From positions 6,052,939-6,116,938 of the forward strand of contig MU058423.1 in NCBI GenBank assembly GCA_013265495.1: a DNA stretch of 64,000 nt, read 5' to 3'. This DNA is from Vicugna vicugna (taxonomy: Eukaryota). Positions within the stretch are counted from its first letter, which is position 1, and each line of letters starts with the position of its first letter. Under the pieces are notes generated by a model. The model worked only from the letters and a program-made list of their open reading frames with translations, was not told the DNA's origin and made no database searches. The position numbers were made by a program, and so were the translations under genes. Below are positions 13,600 through 26,780 of the stretch, in pieces.

Positions 13600-14400
13600 A
13601 ATTTAAGGATATGAATATATTTTTCCTCCAAAGATTGTATTTTATGGAAGTGTACAAAAGGGTGTATTTCACATACAGTCACCCACATTGGTTATTAGTA
13701 TTGCTTTTTACTATAAAAATCATCAAAATAAAAATGTTTTTGCTCTTGCTGTGTAATTTACAATTGTTTTATTATTGGCAAATTCGAGTATTTTACCTAT
13801 ATATAAAATGACCTTTTATGTTATTTGTTTCATAACTTGTCTAAAACATTATATTATTTTATTGGATGAGTAATGCTTTTGTTTTCTAATTTTTATTACC
13901 ATTATCTTCAAGTATCACAGATGTAAAATTTGTCTCTAGGGCATAGTGGAAGTTTTTGCTTTGTAGTTTGATTCTAACTTACATTATCAAGTTTTGCAAA
14001 TTATGATTTTAGAATTGAATTTTTATGTAAAAAATTATTGTTTCAGGAGTTTTATTCTTGCATCATTTTTATAAGTTTACCATCTCAGATTAATATAAAT
14101 TAATTTTATACCTAATTCTTTATGTTTCTATTTTCTATATCAAAAATTTTAATATAGCTAGAAAGAATATCAGTGTATGATTTTCAATTGGGATATAAAT
14201 GTATAATTTTTTCCTAGAATGTTAGCCAGTTTTTTTTTATACAAATTAAACAATCCATCTTTAATACTTTAGAAATAGGTACAGGTATAAATCTTTATCT
14301 GAATTGTCTGTTCTATTCCAGTGTCACACTTCTATAACTAATTTTAGCTTTAGTTTTTAAAATTGGTGGTTTCCTAAATTAGTTTTGGGTTTAATACACC
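13600..14400 (-). mobile_element. Very old L1 (L1ME-type) ORF2 remnant
   Basis: T-rich antisense ORF2-like sequence, e.g. ttgtctgttctattccagtgtcacacttctataacta. Confidence 0.4.
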
Positions 14401-15208
14401 TTATGGGTATAATTGACAAACATCTATCGCTACATCTTAGGAATGCTGAAAGTGAAAATCAACAGTACTTCTCCCATACAAATGTGTCACTGATCTTGAA
14501 ATATTCACTGCTAAATTCTTTCTTCAAGGCTCATCTCTCCTTAAGATAAACCTTTCAAATCTAATTATATTATCTAGAAAGACTGTGAAGATTTGCTTTT
14601 GTTTTGAGTATATTAAGTTTTATTAAATTATATTTTTAAAGATACATTCTGATGAATGTTAGTGTAATTTTTAAATAATTTTTTGGGTGGACCAGAGCAA
14701 TTCTGCATATAAAACAGTTTCTTAAAGAATTATAGCATTTAATAAGAACATTTAACTAGTCATATATAGATATTTTTTCTGGATAACAAGGAGCATAGGA
14801 AGAAAGAGACAGATTAATTTTCTCATCAAAGACAAAGAAAAATAATTCTGTTACAATTGAAAGATAATTGTCCAGGAAATTACTATTTGGAAATGTGTAA
14901 TATATGGGAGTTCATTGTTAAATTCGCATACATAAAACATCTGCAATTTTTTTTTCTCTTTCCTTTACTGGTAAATTAGGGGAGAAATACAGAATTAATG
15001 AAAATGTGCTTTCCAGGATTTTGGAAACTGGGAAAGATTACCCAAGTCTTGACTCCATTTTCTCCTATCAAATGAGGATGTGGCTTTGCTAATTCTAGAT
15101 TAGATGTAAAACCCAGGAAAATTTCATATTTGTAAACAACACAGTGTTCAGATAACAGCTAGAGGTCAATAGATACTATCTACATATATTAGATAACTTA
15201 TTTACAAC

Positions 15209-15282
15209 TTCTGGAGTGATGATGCAAGCTTCAAGTATAAAATGACAGTGACATTTGCAAATGGAACTTCACTGATCCAGAA
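15209..15282 (+). ncRNA. Candidate orphan box C/D snoRNA
   Basis: TTCTGGA-[GTGATGA box C 15216-22]...[CTGA box D 15272-75]-TCCAGAA with a 7-bp terminal stem; 74 nt; possible D' ATGA and C' GTGACAT; family not recognised. Confidence 0.3.
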
Positions 15283-18122
15283 AGACATGACTTCATGTGT
15301 ACAGTGTCATTGACGAATTGGAATCCTCTCCCACTGCTATGCCATTATAGACCTTTCGACCAAGAAACTTAAGCCAAAAAAATTGTTTCTTCCTATTTTG
15401 TATGTCCATATTAATTCCAACACAATTTTGTATCCTAGGCTAATTAAATCCTGTTTAATCTGTATGCTGTTTTCTCATGTGAATGTGTAATACGTGAGAA
15501 ATGCTGCAGCTGTCATCAGAAGTGGAATGTGAACGGCTCCAATGGCATTAGAAGTTAAATTTATATGAAGAGTCCTGTCAACTAAATATTAGAAATAAAA
15601 GAGGAACTGAGAACTGAATATGAGTAGATGGAAATAAAGTCCTCAACGATTTAGGATAGTTTCCATTGAGAATTATGTGAAAAAAATTATCTATATTCTT
15701 TTACTCATAAAGGAAGAGTCAAATTTAGAGGTGCCCAAGATTCAGTTCTCTGGTTTCTCAAATTTCCAAAGGCAAGTGAAAAAGTCCAGAGGACTGCAGA
15801 AGTCTAGAAGGCACTGCCTGAGGATACAAGCAACTTTTTAGGCAGAAATTAGATTAACAACCAAGGTTCGAAATGTGAAAGGAGGGAAACAAGATTGAGA
15901 AATAAAACAGAAATTGAGAATTAGAATTTGGAAATCTCATTTATCTTGTAGGAGAGATAAACAAGGGGAATACAAAGGGAGGGCATTATTACTATTTTTT
16001 TTTCTTTTTGAAATGTGGGAAGATGTAGTCACTCTATGCAGAAACATCTTTTCATTCACTTTTATTCACATTTAAAAATGAGGCCAATTCCAATTTAAAG
16101 CTTTTAACTCTTTATATCTCTCTTGAAACATGTAATGTGCTAAATATTTCCCCTGCAAACAACCCTGGTCTTAAGCTTTAGCAATAAGGGAAAATACTTT
16201 GGGAACAAACACGAGTAACATAAATGAACTGTGTTTTCAAAAATTCTTAAATGAGAATGTGGTAGTTCTGCTGTTAAAATGGTAGATAATTTCTCTAGGA
16301 AATTTCTGCTTGAAACAGCTAAATGATTGGGGTGAAGAAATAAGAAATTAAAATTTTAAAATTACGTTTTATCATTTCTAGGATAATTTGTGGTCCTCAG
16401 ATAGTCCTTGTTCAAATGGTGTGTGGTGATTCAACCAAAACGTTAACTAATTTCTGAGATTAAAAGAAGACAATTTAGGCAGAAGTAATAAACTTGAGCC
16501 TCAACAAAAATCTACCATGCCACTGGCTCTGTCAGAGTTACAAGGACTACCCACCTCCCCCGTTTCTGTTTTTTCCCACCAGTTTTTGAGTAGCTTTAGA
16601 ATCTCACTGAGAGATTATGCATTATGTTATCACAGAGTTGTTGAATTCTTCCTTCTTTAGTATAATCAAGTGGGGAAAATCCAGTAGAGATTAAAAACAT
16701 AATGAAGGCAAGGGAAAATCTGGAAATAGGCAGGAAAGTAGTATATTATGGGAGAAAATCGTAAGATCAAAAAGAAAATGAGAACTGGCAGAGCTAAAGA
16801 GGATTATCAGAGAAAAGAGGAAAAAGTTTTAAAAATTACCTAGATAAAGAGTTTGAGAGAAGACCTAGGCTTAGCCAAGGATTGATAAAAACACCATACT
16901 TCCCAAAGTGAAATCAAGATTACATCTGCATCTGGTAGCTGGAAACCAAGAATTGCCTCTATTTTTTTGCATCAGTAAAAATTGTTGACATTCTCTTCTT
17001 TGTTAGTAATAGAATGTGCACATTTCAAACTAACATCTAGAGAATGACCTGGAGGATTAAAGCAGGGATTCTTCCACAAGGATCAGGTAGGGGCAGTTCT
17101 TCTGCTTTAATAGGGTTATAATTTGGAAGTTTTGTTTAAATTTATTTTTAAAGATCTTTTAGAATCTTTAGTCCCCTAAACAGATAATCTGAATCAGCTC
17201 AATTACTGGAGAGAGTATGGATGGCTGAGGGATCACATGTGATTTTCTTCTGGCGGTGAAGAATAAATTACTACCTGTGCACTGCATCAAGCACAGGCAG
17301 GAAGCTCAAAAACTATTTGGCTTGTTTAGATTTTCCTGATACAATATTCCAGATTTTGGGGGAGGAGGGGGAGTCCTTTAAAAATCCTGTGAATGAAGCT
17401 ACCAAGATACAGGGCACTTCTATAGTTTCTTCTCTGTGATAAATACAGTTACCATAGAAAGCAAAATTAGAAGGCTATTTTTAATTGATGCAATATTTGA
17501 ATTTTTACAGTAAATCTGAAATGGCTACAAAGTCATATCTATTTCTTGTGTTGCCTTTTCTTAAGAAAAAATAAATAAAGGCAAGTGGAGAGAACCTCAA
17601 AAATAAATAATTTCATAAATTAGCATAAAAAATGGAAGAGTGAGATTGTATTATATAATATTGAACATAAAATTCAAAGTGAAATATGTCATTATGTAAA
17701 TTTTTCTATGTGTATTATTGGTTTGGTTACATTTGTAGACTCCATACAAAACCATAAATCATAGTAAAATTAAGTTAATGGATGAAAGAAAACAACAAGA
17801 ACAGTTAAAGAAATTCTCATGTGAGAAGAGCATGAAGTAACTTAAATAACTGGAGGTAAGTTGAATTGTAAATATAAATTGATGCAGTGTTGAGCACATT
17901 TTTTTTTCCTGATTCATTAAAGTGGTTAGTAGCCACGTGTCACATTGCTCTGCTACTACTACTCATAAAACTGAATACTTTTGGTATTCAGACATTGGCT
18001 TTTCAAGCGAGTTAATTATCTTTGAATAGTACTAGTTCCATGTTTATAATACTTCATTACATGAATGAAATACTTTATTACAAAAAAATACAAAAATTTA
18101 AGTAGACAAATTAGATAGATAG

Positions 18123-18168
18123 AAAAAATAAGATTTTATACTGTTAAAAAATAAGATTTTATGCTGTT
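18123..18168. repeat. 23-bp tandem duplication
   Basis: aaaaaataagattttatactgtt / aaaaaataagattttatgctgtt. Confidence 0.85.
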
Positions 18169-18414
18169 ATTTTGGAAACCTATTAAGTTTCTGGTGGTGT
18201 TCAAAAGGAGCAAAAAAAAAAAAAACCTGTTAGAGAAAAGTTTTTATTTCAATGTAAATCAAATGATTGATGCCTCTTTTTAAAATAAATGTAATCTAGT
18301 CCACATTGTGGAATATAAGACTTTTCAGCAAGGTCAGGGATTGAATTCTGGGGAAATAGTTTTGTGACTGTCTTTTTCAAACAAAACTTGACATCAGAAA
18401 AGCATAGATAAAAG

Positions 18415-18526
18415 GATATATACATATATAATAGAATACTATTCAACCATAAAAAATAATAAAATAATGCCATTTGCAGCAACATGGATGAACCTGGAGA
18501 TTGTCATTCTAAGTGAAGTAAGCCAC
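18415..18526 (+). mobile_element. Short internal L1 fragment (ORF2 C-terminus)
   Basis: aaaataatgccatttgcagcaacatggatgaacctggagattgtcattctaagtgaagtaagcca (MPFAATWMNLEIVILSEVS); no tail or TSD seen. Confidence 0.9.
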
Positions 18527-19149
18527 CCTCACAGTTTTTAAAGAAAGGCTATAAAATTGCATAAAATTTCGGAGAAAAATTCTGGTTTATTCTTGCTTTG
18601 CTGTGGTAGCAGTGAGGAGAAAGTTGGATAGAGGTCAATACTCAAATTAATTTAAATGTAATCCTGTATTATGTATTCTTTTCAAACTTCAGTTCCAACC
18701 AACCTGACTAGAAGTTCGTGTATAAAAGGACCGCTGACACCTGGAGAAACCAACCCTGAGCTCATTTCTATTAAAGGTGGTACCAAAGGAATCTACTACT
18801 TACTCTTTCCCTTTGTTAGCATCTAGGGCTGAGGATTAGTGCAGAAGCAAGGACAGAGGATGGATGTTCTAGGCAGAGTAATTTGAGAGCAAAAGAAATA
18901 GAATGTGTCTTCCATTTTCTCCACAGCTTCTGGAGCTCTACTATAAGAGACATTCATGGTTTGTCTCTTGACCATCAGAGGCGTCATGCAATTTATGACT
19001 GTCCCTTTGCTTTAAAAACTGTCTGGAAAGAAGAAGCAATAAAATGCTTTAAAATTGTATTTCATTTTATGCTTTATATTTTTATATGTATTATTCTTTT
19101 CATCTTCACTTTCCCACTACAACTCATGCTTATGATGTACATAAGAAAA

Positions 19150-19280
19150 ATTCATCCCTATTAATCTACTTGAACTAAAGGAAGAAACAGTATGAAACAG
19201 GTTAAATGTTATTTCCCAAATCACAAAACACAGTGGTAAAGGCTTTTTAACTTCCAGGTTTTCTGATCTCTATTTCAGTA
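19150..19280 (-). mobile_element. MIR SINE remnant
   Basis: gaagaaacag...aggttaaatgttatttcccaaatcaca core. Confidence 0.55.
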
Positions 19281-20603
19281 TGGTTGTTTTTGTTTCCTTA
19301 CATTATTTCCCATACTATTTTCTTTGAATAGTCCTTTGATCTTTGTCTTTTTAGAGGAAGGGGAGTATATTTTCAAGTCGAAAGAAAAAGAGATATTTTC
19401 AAACATATATTAGTTACAATTGGATGCATTGTGTAAACCACTATAACTTAATAATTACTTATGTTGCATAGAGAAGGCGACTGTAGCAATTATTAAAGAC
19501 AACATATGGCAGGTGCCTTAAAGCTCCAGGGTGACAACAAAAACATATGACTTCAGCTCATTATAAACATTTTCTAAGATCCTCTTAATTGCTGTAGTAA
19601 TTAAAATTTACCAATTTTGTGAAGATGCCAACTGACTTCTTACAATGAAGTGAATATATGCTTTGCATTACTAAGTTTACATAAAAATTCACATTCCAAG
19701 AATACTAAAGAATATCTCTTCATATATATAGTTGTATCTATTATTTGTATCCATATGTACACCTATCCATACATAAACATCTCTCTCTATAGGTAGATCA
19801 ATAGGTAAGTAGTGCCTCTCTCTCATATATATATAGTATATTTATATAATCTCTTTATATATTCATATAAAGAAAACTTAGAACTTAAATCCATCTCCTT
19901 GAAAGCTGTCATGTCTCATTTTTATTTTCTACACATTGTAACCTTGTCTTTCGGTATTTTTTGATTAGTATTATATACTAAGTGGTGTTTTCAATCTGAT
20001 GAATAAAGTAATAATTAGCATTGAGAAAATTTATTAATTCAGATCAACAAGACAGCTTGGCTTTCCAGATCACATAGTACTACTGGTAACACCATCATGA
20101 TTAAAAGAAATGTTTGCTGGATTAAAATACAAATGAAAATATAATAATATGTATTAACATTTTAACTCTGGGATCCCACAGAACAGGGAAAAAAATCTTT
20201 TCAAGAGAAATTGGATTTTATTTAAACTTTAAAGTTTTCATGTTGTTAGATATTTTAGGTTATTGGATATCCTTGAGAAAAGTTTTCTTAACAATTTTAA
20301 ATTCATGACAACATAACTACTTGAAATTGCCATTTAAGTAAGGGTTTAGTTCTTATTTGTTTAATCAATCCAAGCTTTATGAAACTCTTGAAGGACTATA
20401 AATAGCTAGAAACTATTTTTTAAGAAAAGAATATTTAATATTGTAAGAAATACGTTTTTTATACATTTTGCACAATTTAATAATAGTTTCCTTATAAATG
20501 ATAGTTCAAAATAGATCAGATAAACATGTAAACTGTTTTAAAAGGTTATACAAAATATAACATATTAACCTGAGTTTAATTATATATTTTTAAACACTCA
20601 GGT

Positions 20604-21370
20604 TGTATTAATTAGGGTTCAGTATAAGAAGACAGTCCATTTTAGGCTTTTTTTTTTTTTTTAAAGCAGCGAGTTAAAGTGTTTACAAAATCAGAGATCA
20701 CCACTGGAAATAGTGAGTTGCAGAACATATTGCCTTAGCTGCCATCTGCATATTTGAAAATTGGAATCAAGAAGCACTGCCACAGCTGCAGCTCAATGTC
20801 AACAAAACAGTGGGTAGACCCTGGAATGCTGAGTTCAGCTAGTTCAAAAGGCTCTTGATACGAATGAAGCTTTGACTAGAACACCGAGGCTAGTGTAGCA
20901 ACTTCCTTCTGTAACTCAAAGCCTTGTTTGAAATGTCCATAGTATTTTAGTCAGAGTTACCGGGAACACAAAAACCAATCTAAGAACTTAAAAGAGAGGG
21001 AATTTAATGAAGGTGGTTTGTATTCTGAGAAACCAAAGTTGAACAGTGGTCCCCTCCGTAACTCCCAAGATTAAAGGGCAAGAAACTCCTCCTAAGGAGA
21101 GATGAAGTAAAGAAACGACGTCCCGGGCGTTCAGAGGCCATAGCTGTCCGAGGAACTGGAGCTCCCTCTGGGAGTAAGAACCACGGGGAAAAATTGCATT
21201 GCTGCTAAAGATAGAACCTGAGGCAGAGAGAGAGGGAAAAATACCCTGGCTCTTTCTTCCTCATGCCATTCAACATTCTGACTTTGGCTTTCATTGGCCA
21301 GAAATAGGGGGAAGCCAACTGAAATCCAGTTTGGAAATACCTGCCAATTTAATTGGCAGAACACAGTTCT
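20604..21370 (-). mobile_element. ERVL LTR(s), LTR41/LTR33-like (probably two pieces: 20604-~20850 and ~20948-21370)
   Basis: tgtattaattagggttcag terminus; cctgaggcagagagagagggaaaaataccctggctc...ttcattggcc. Confidence 0.6.
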
Positions 21371-21429
21371 CATCATGAACCCAAATGAAGAGGGAATTGG
21401 GAAGTGGTTTCCAACTTTCCAGTCTGTGC

Positions 21430-22500
21430 TTTGCAGAAAGTCCACTAGACCACTAGAAGATGCTTAGTGCCAGTTTATCATATCCAACATATTCCATCTG
21501 TTCAGCTGTTCAACATCTATCCATACATTTCCAGACAATAGCATGCTTAAACTAACATGAACCACTGCATCTCTTAAAAATGGAAAGATCATCACCCTCT
21601 TACAAATGGAGAGGATGTCAAAGGTTTAATAATTTCATTTCTGGGTGAGGTTCATTCTTCTTCCATTTAATTACAATTGCTCTTGGTAATCAGCAATCTC
21701 AAGTCTATACAGTAAAGCTACCACCAACAAAACTCATGTAAAGTGATAGTGGAGATAGAGAGGGAGAAAATGAAATCAGCATAAATGCATACATATTAGA
21801 AAAAATATGGATAGCTATCTCAGAATCATTGCTGATATTTACAAAGTTTCCGTCATCCTTGCGTATTCTCTTTGTCCTCAGTTGGCACTTCAGCTGCAAT
21901 AAAAAGCTAACTGACATCCATATAATGGTCATCTTGTCAAGACCATCCTATGCCAAGACAGGTTTTTTGTTTGTTTGATTAGCTGTTTTCTGTTTGGTTT
22001 TGTTTGTTCGTTTGTTTTTGATTTAAAGCTCCTTAAATTCAGAGCATTTTTGAGAGGCTCATCCCTATGAGCAGTTTGATAGATGTACTTTTCACCACAT
22101 TTCCAATTTGATTATTTCTAAATGCCTGGACATCTGACCACAATGAACTACACCAGCATCAATGTCCTAACGTCATCTCTCCTTCCCATTAGACTGGATG
22201 TCTAGCTGTACCATTTGAAGTTTTCTCTAGTATGGAGAGATGATGGTGCAACAATACATTCCTGATATATGATACTGTAATCTATGATACGAAGTTTAAT
22301 TTTTGTTTTTTTGCTTGGTCAGGTGAGGGAGAGTCAGCAGTACACCTGGAGCAAGAACACTAAATAAGCAATCTATTTAAAACAACTATGCCTTCAGCAC
22401 CTGCTGAGTCCTATCTTATATCTACTACTTACACATAATGTTGTACGTTGCATATACTTACCTCAGTATCTTGGTTGGCCATAGAGCAGCAAGTTAATTG
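21430..22500 (-). mobile_element. ERVL internal-region remnant adjoining the LTR
   Basis: gctgatatttacaaag...gtattctctttgtcctcagttggcacttcagctg (21830-21897) resembles the antisense 3' ERVL internal sequence. Confidence 0.45.
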
Positions 22501-22942
22501 TGGGATGTTCAGAGCATAAGAACATATAAAGTGTCATGATCAAGTATTCAGTCCAGTATTAACTTCCATCTTAAATTAAATCTCCAAAATAATCGTTTTT
22601 CTCTTTTCTTTAAAATGCTATTTGATGTAATTTGGATAAATTTTTGTAGGATTGCAAATATCAAAGCTGCTGCTGATTGTCAGTGAATTGGCTATATTTG
22701 CTTCCCTTTGCTTTTAAATATGCAATGGGTTTTATCCAGTATCTAAGTTATTGGAAGTTCCATTATTATTATGTATTGTCATCATCATTACTATTATTAT
22801 TTAGCATCTCTGTTAAAACTGCTGTATAGTTTCTCCTCCCCATAAGTCAATTCTTATGCTTTATAGGTACATATTTTTGAGAAACAAGTTTTCACTACTG
22901 TTATACTGTAAGATCATTTTTAATACAGAATTTGGTCAATAT

Positions 22943-23198
22943 TGAGTGGAATCCTCATGAATGCAACTAGGACCTTTAAAAAAAGAAACCCTTGGGCCTC
23001 CCTTGTCCCTTATGTCATACGAGGACACAGTGCAAAGACAGGCATATATTAACAAAGAAGCAGGCCCTCATCAGACACCAAATCAGAGAGTAACTTGATC
23101 TTCAACTTAGCCTCCGGAATTGAGAGAAATAAATGTTTATTATTTAAGCTATTCAGCTTATGGTATTTTGTTATTAGTTCCATGAACAGACTAGGACA
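22943..23198 (+). mobile_element. MLT1A0-like MaLR LTR, 3' portion
   Basis: gaggacacag...aggccctcatcagacacc...gagaaataaatgtttattatttaagc...gactaggaca. Confidence 0.88.
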
Positions 23199-23602
23199 TA
23201 TAGCTTCTATGGGAAAGATTATGGTAGTTCCTCAAAAAATAAATATACAATTACCGTATGATGTAGTAATTCCACTTCTGGGTATATACACAAAAAATTG
23301 AAAGAGGGGATTCAACAGATACCCATGTTAATTGCAGCATTTTTTGCAATAGACATAAAGAAACCCAAGTGATTGTTCATTCAACAGATGAATGGATAGA
23401 CAACATGTGGTATACATACAATGGAATATTATCCAGCCTTAAAAATAAAGAACAGTCTGACTTATGCTACATGGATGAAACTTGGAAAAACTATGTAAGT
23501 GAACTAAGACGGTCACAAAAAGACAAATAGTGTATAACTCTACTTATATAAGATATCTAGAGTAGTCAAATCCATAGAAACAGAAAGTAGAACAGTGGTT
23601 GT
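23199..23602 (+). mobile_element. L1MB-like 3' fragment
   Basis: gttcctcaaaaaataaatatacaattacc...caacagatgaatggataga...cagaaagtagaacagtggttg; truncated before the tail. Confidence 0.88.
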
Positions 23603-24220
23603 TTCTGATTTTTGGAGGAAGCATTCAGTCTTTATTAAATATCATGTTATATGTGGGTGTTTTATGGATACACTTTCTCAGGGTAAGAGCATTCGCTTCT
23701 GCTTCTAGTTGTTAAGTAGCTTTGTCCTGAAAGGGTGTTGGATTTTTCAAATGCTTTTCCCACATGTTGAGATATTCCAGGGCTTTTATCATGTATTCTA
23801 TCAACGTATAGTATTACACTGATTGATTTTTTTAATCTTAAATCTACTTTGCATTTTTTGGGATACAATCCATAGTGTATAGTCATTTTCATATGCTTAT
23901 TATATGTCACTGGGTTCAGTTTGTCAATATTTCATTGAGAATATGTTGTATAATCATAAGGGATATTACTCTAGCTTTCTTATGATATCTTTGGTTTTGG
24001 TATCACAGTAATAATGGCTTCATAGAATGAGTTGGGAAGTGTTATCTATTTTTTTGGAAGAGTTTGTGAAAGATGGGTATTAAATCTTTTGCAAATGTTT
24101 GGAAGAGTTTATCAGTAAAGTTATCTGGGCCTGGGCTTCTGTCTGTCTTTCTCTCTGTGTTTCTCTCTCTCTTTAAACTATTTGAATCTCTTTGCTTGTT
24201 ACAGGTCTATTCAGATTACT
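23600..24220 (-). mobile_element. L1 ORF2 internal fragment
   Basis: ORF 23662..23910(-) contains LKKSISVILYVDRI...KAFEK (cf. L1 KSINVIHHINR...EKAFDK). Confidence 0.88.
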
Positions 24221-24289
24221 AGGGATGGCAAGAAGATTTGACTAGCCTAAAAAAGTGTTAAAGACTCTGCTGTCTGAAAGTCCAGTAGC

Positions 24290-24432
24290 TTCTCTTGGAT
24301 AGATGGCTTTAATTTTGTTCTGTGGCTTTCGCTAAACACAAGATTTCTGAAATGGTTAATTTGGTTGTTTTACCATATTTTCTTTTTTTAGAGGTAGTTC
24401 ACACAGTTCCTTGCTCTGCCATTCCAGAAGGT
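24290..24432 (-). mobile_element. Old L1 5'-terminal remnant
   Basis: Ends ...ttccttgctctgccattccagaag, resembling the antisense 5' end of L1M. Confidence 0.4.
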
Positions 24433-26003
24433 ACTCTGAGTCAGGGGAAAGCTGATTCCACCTCATGACTATTGTCAAGGTGGAAAACTTTGAGCCAATA
24501 ATATGTTATTGAAGAATTTTTATAGTGTGAGAATATGACATTTTAAAAAGTATCTAATGAAAATAGCAATCAGATAATCATCAATGCAGAGATAAAATAT
24601 AAGACACCTCTAAAGTTATCACAGTCTAATTCTTGCAAAGGGAAAGAACAATTAAATAAATAGGTGTGGTTAAAATGATAAAAAAATTCCCTATAAAATA
24701 TTAAAATGGGTCACAAATGTTTGGCTGCCTGAATTATTCCAATAAATATCTAAAGTTACCATTTGACTTTTTACAGGTAAACACCAACTTATTCTAAAGC
24801 TGAGGGCATCAGCTTTCAAAGGCAGATGATTAATTAATGCAGCTTTTGATTCGAGGTTTAATAATTTATTTGCCTATCAGTGCCACTATAAAGTCCCAGG
24901 AGCTCTTTACAAAATTTGCAATGAGATAGAGTTAGCAGGTGTTATTAAGAGAATATGAGAGTTTCTTTAACAAAATGCCAAAAGTTGATTGTCGACCAAC
25001 TGGGGAAGACCTGTGAGATCCTTCCAGTGTACACAGAAGAAATGAATCCATAATTAAATTACAGTTAATCACAGATGGTTATTTTACAGCAGGTGCTCAA
25101 CTTTGAAAGTGTAGCTCCGGACTATTTTTGTTCCAACATGGTGCTCAATCCCTGTTGGTTATCTGGCAATATTTTATAGTTAGAAGAATGTTTATTTTAT
25201 GGTGGAAATTTTATTTCATCTATTTCATAAATAAAATATTACTTCATATAAACTTTCATATATACTTATTGAGCATATGCACAGTTATTTTGATATTTTT
25301 AAAAAGGACAGAAATAGTTTAAATATTATTTATCATATTTTTAAAGCCTTTGATATTCAGAAATAATTGTCATTCAAATATATTACCAGGATTATATGAA
25401 ATGATAGCCAAATTTTAAGATTCTAAATTGTTCAAATTGAGAAAAATTTAATAACTCATAATAGTTAACAATACTTTCAGTGATATAGGCTTGTTCTTTA
25501 CATGCTTCACTTTCTAATAAATTAGTAAAATGAGCAAAAGATGACATAACATCAAATTATTGGTACAGTAACCATCATAATGTATGAAGGAAAATAAGGG
25601 ATTTTTTTTTTACATATTTAAAATTAACGCTAACATGCTGTAAATAATAACTTTGCTGAGCAAAGCAGATGCCTGTTCCAAATATCATAACTATAAAGCT
25701 GATCTGGATACATCTATTTCAGGGTTTAATTATTAAACATCTATTAAATGCAAGATGTTTGACATAATGTGAGTTATAGTCAGCGTTTTCAGTTTTTGGG
25801 TATCATTATGAACCTGTTAATATTCTGTGTTCTTATAGGTAGCCACTAATTACCCATTTCTTTCATCTTTTTCTGTATGCCTTTCCTTACCCTCTGTTTG
25901 GAAAGAGTAGTTGAATATCCCTCTTCCTAATTGCTTTGGCATTGCTTTCTGGCAATATTGCTTTCAATCTGTTATTTTCTGCAATGATCCAAAGGTATTT
26001 CTC

Positions 26004-26023
26004 CGCGCGCGCGCACGCACATG

Positions 26024-26057
<34 letters not shown>

Positions 26058-26063
26058 CACACA
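26004..26063. repeat. Compound (CG)n(CA)n microsatellite
   Basis: cgcgcgcgcgcacgcacatgcacacaca...; 60 bp of alternating purine/pyrimidine. Confidence 0.95.
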
Positions 26064-26459
26064 ATAAATAAAGAATGCCATGTACAGTATCTCATTGTAG
26101 GAGAAAGACTTTCTTTAGATTTTTTAAAAGAAAATTGGAATACTTCTTTTTAAGCAAGAAAATACATGGAATAATGAAAGCAGTGTGATCTTAGACCACA
26201 GGAGTCTCAGTCTGTGGAACTTTGGTCAGACTTGGGTCAAGTAAACAGAAGCAAAGTAATCATGTCTGTGATCAAAACAAATAATTCAGAGACTCCAGAG
26301 ATGAAGATTAACAGAACCAGTAAGGACATTTCAAATTAAGGACTCTTGCAAAGCAAATAAAAGGGTCATTATCTATGTCAGTGTTTTGTCTCTGACCTCC
26401 TTTCCCAGAGAGAATACTCTTGTACCAGCTGAACTGCACCCTGAGCATTCAAGCATACA

Positions 26460-26780
26460 TGCTATGTTTTTCTCACTTGTGTTACCACTTGGCCTTTGCA
26501 CATGCTCTTCCTTCCTCCTGGAATGACTTCTCCCTACAACAAGTATGTCTCTCCCTGCTTCCTCTATTTTTAATTCAGATAAGTAACACCTCTAATTCCT
26601 AAATTATGTCAGCTACAAGTTATATCAGGGAAGCCTGACCAGATAGCATCCACCCAAGATTCAGTCATATGATTTTCCTGTGTCCATAGTAACCTATCAC
26701 TTACACAATGGTACTGAATAGTTGTTTTTTTTTTCAAATGTGCTAATACCTTATGCTAAATAGCAAAAATCTGGGCCTTT
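26460..26780 (+). mobile_element. L2 LINE remnant
   Basis: ggcctttgcacatgctcttccttcctcctggaatg, diagnostic L2 motif. Confidence 0.65.

Noticed and set aside
18721..18728. TATAAAAG TATA box
   Set aside because: Expected by chance in AT-rich DNA; no other promoter features
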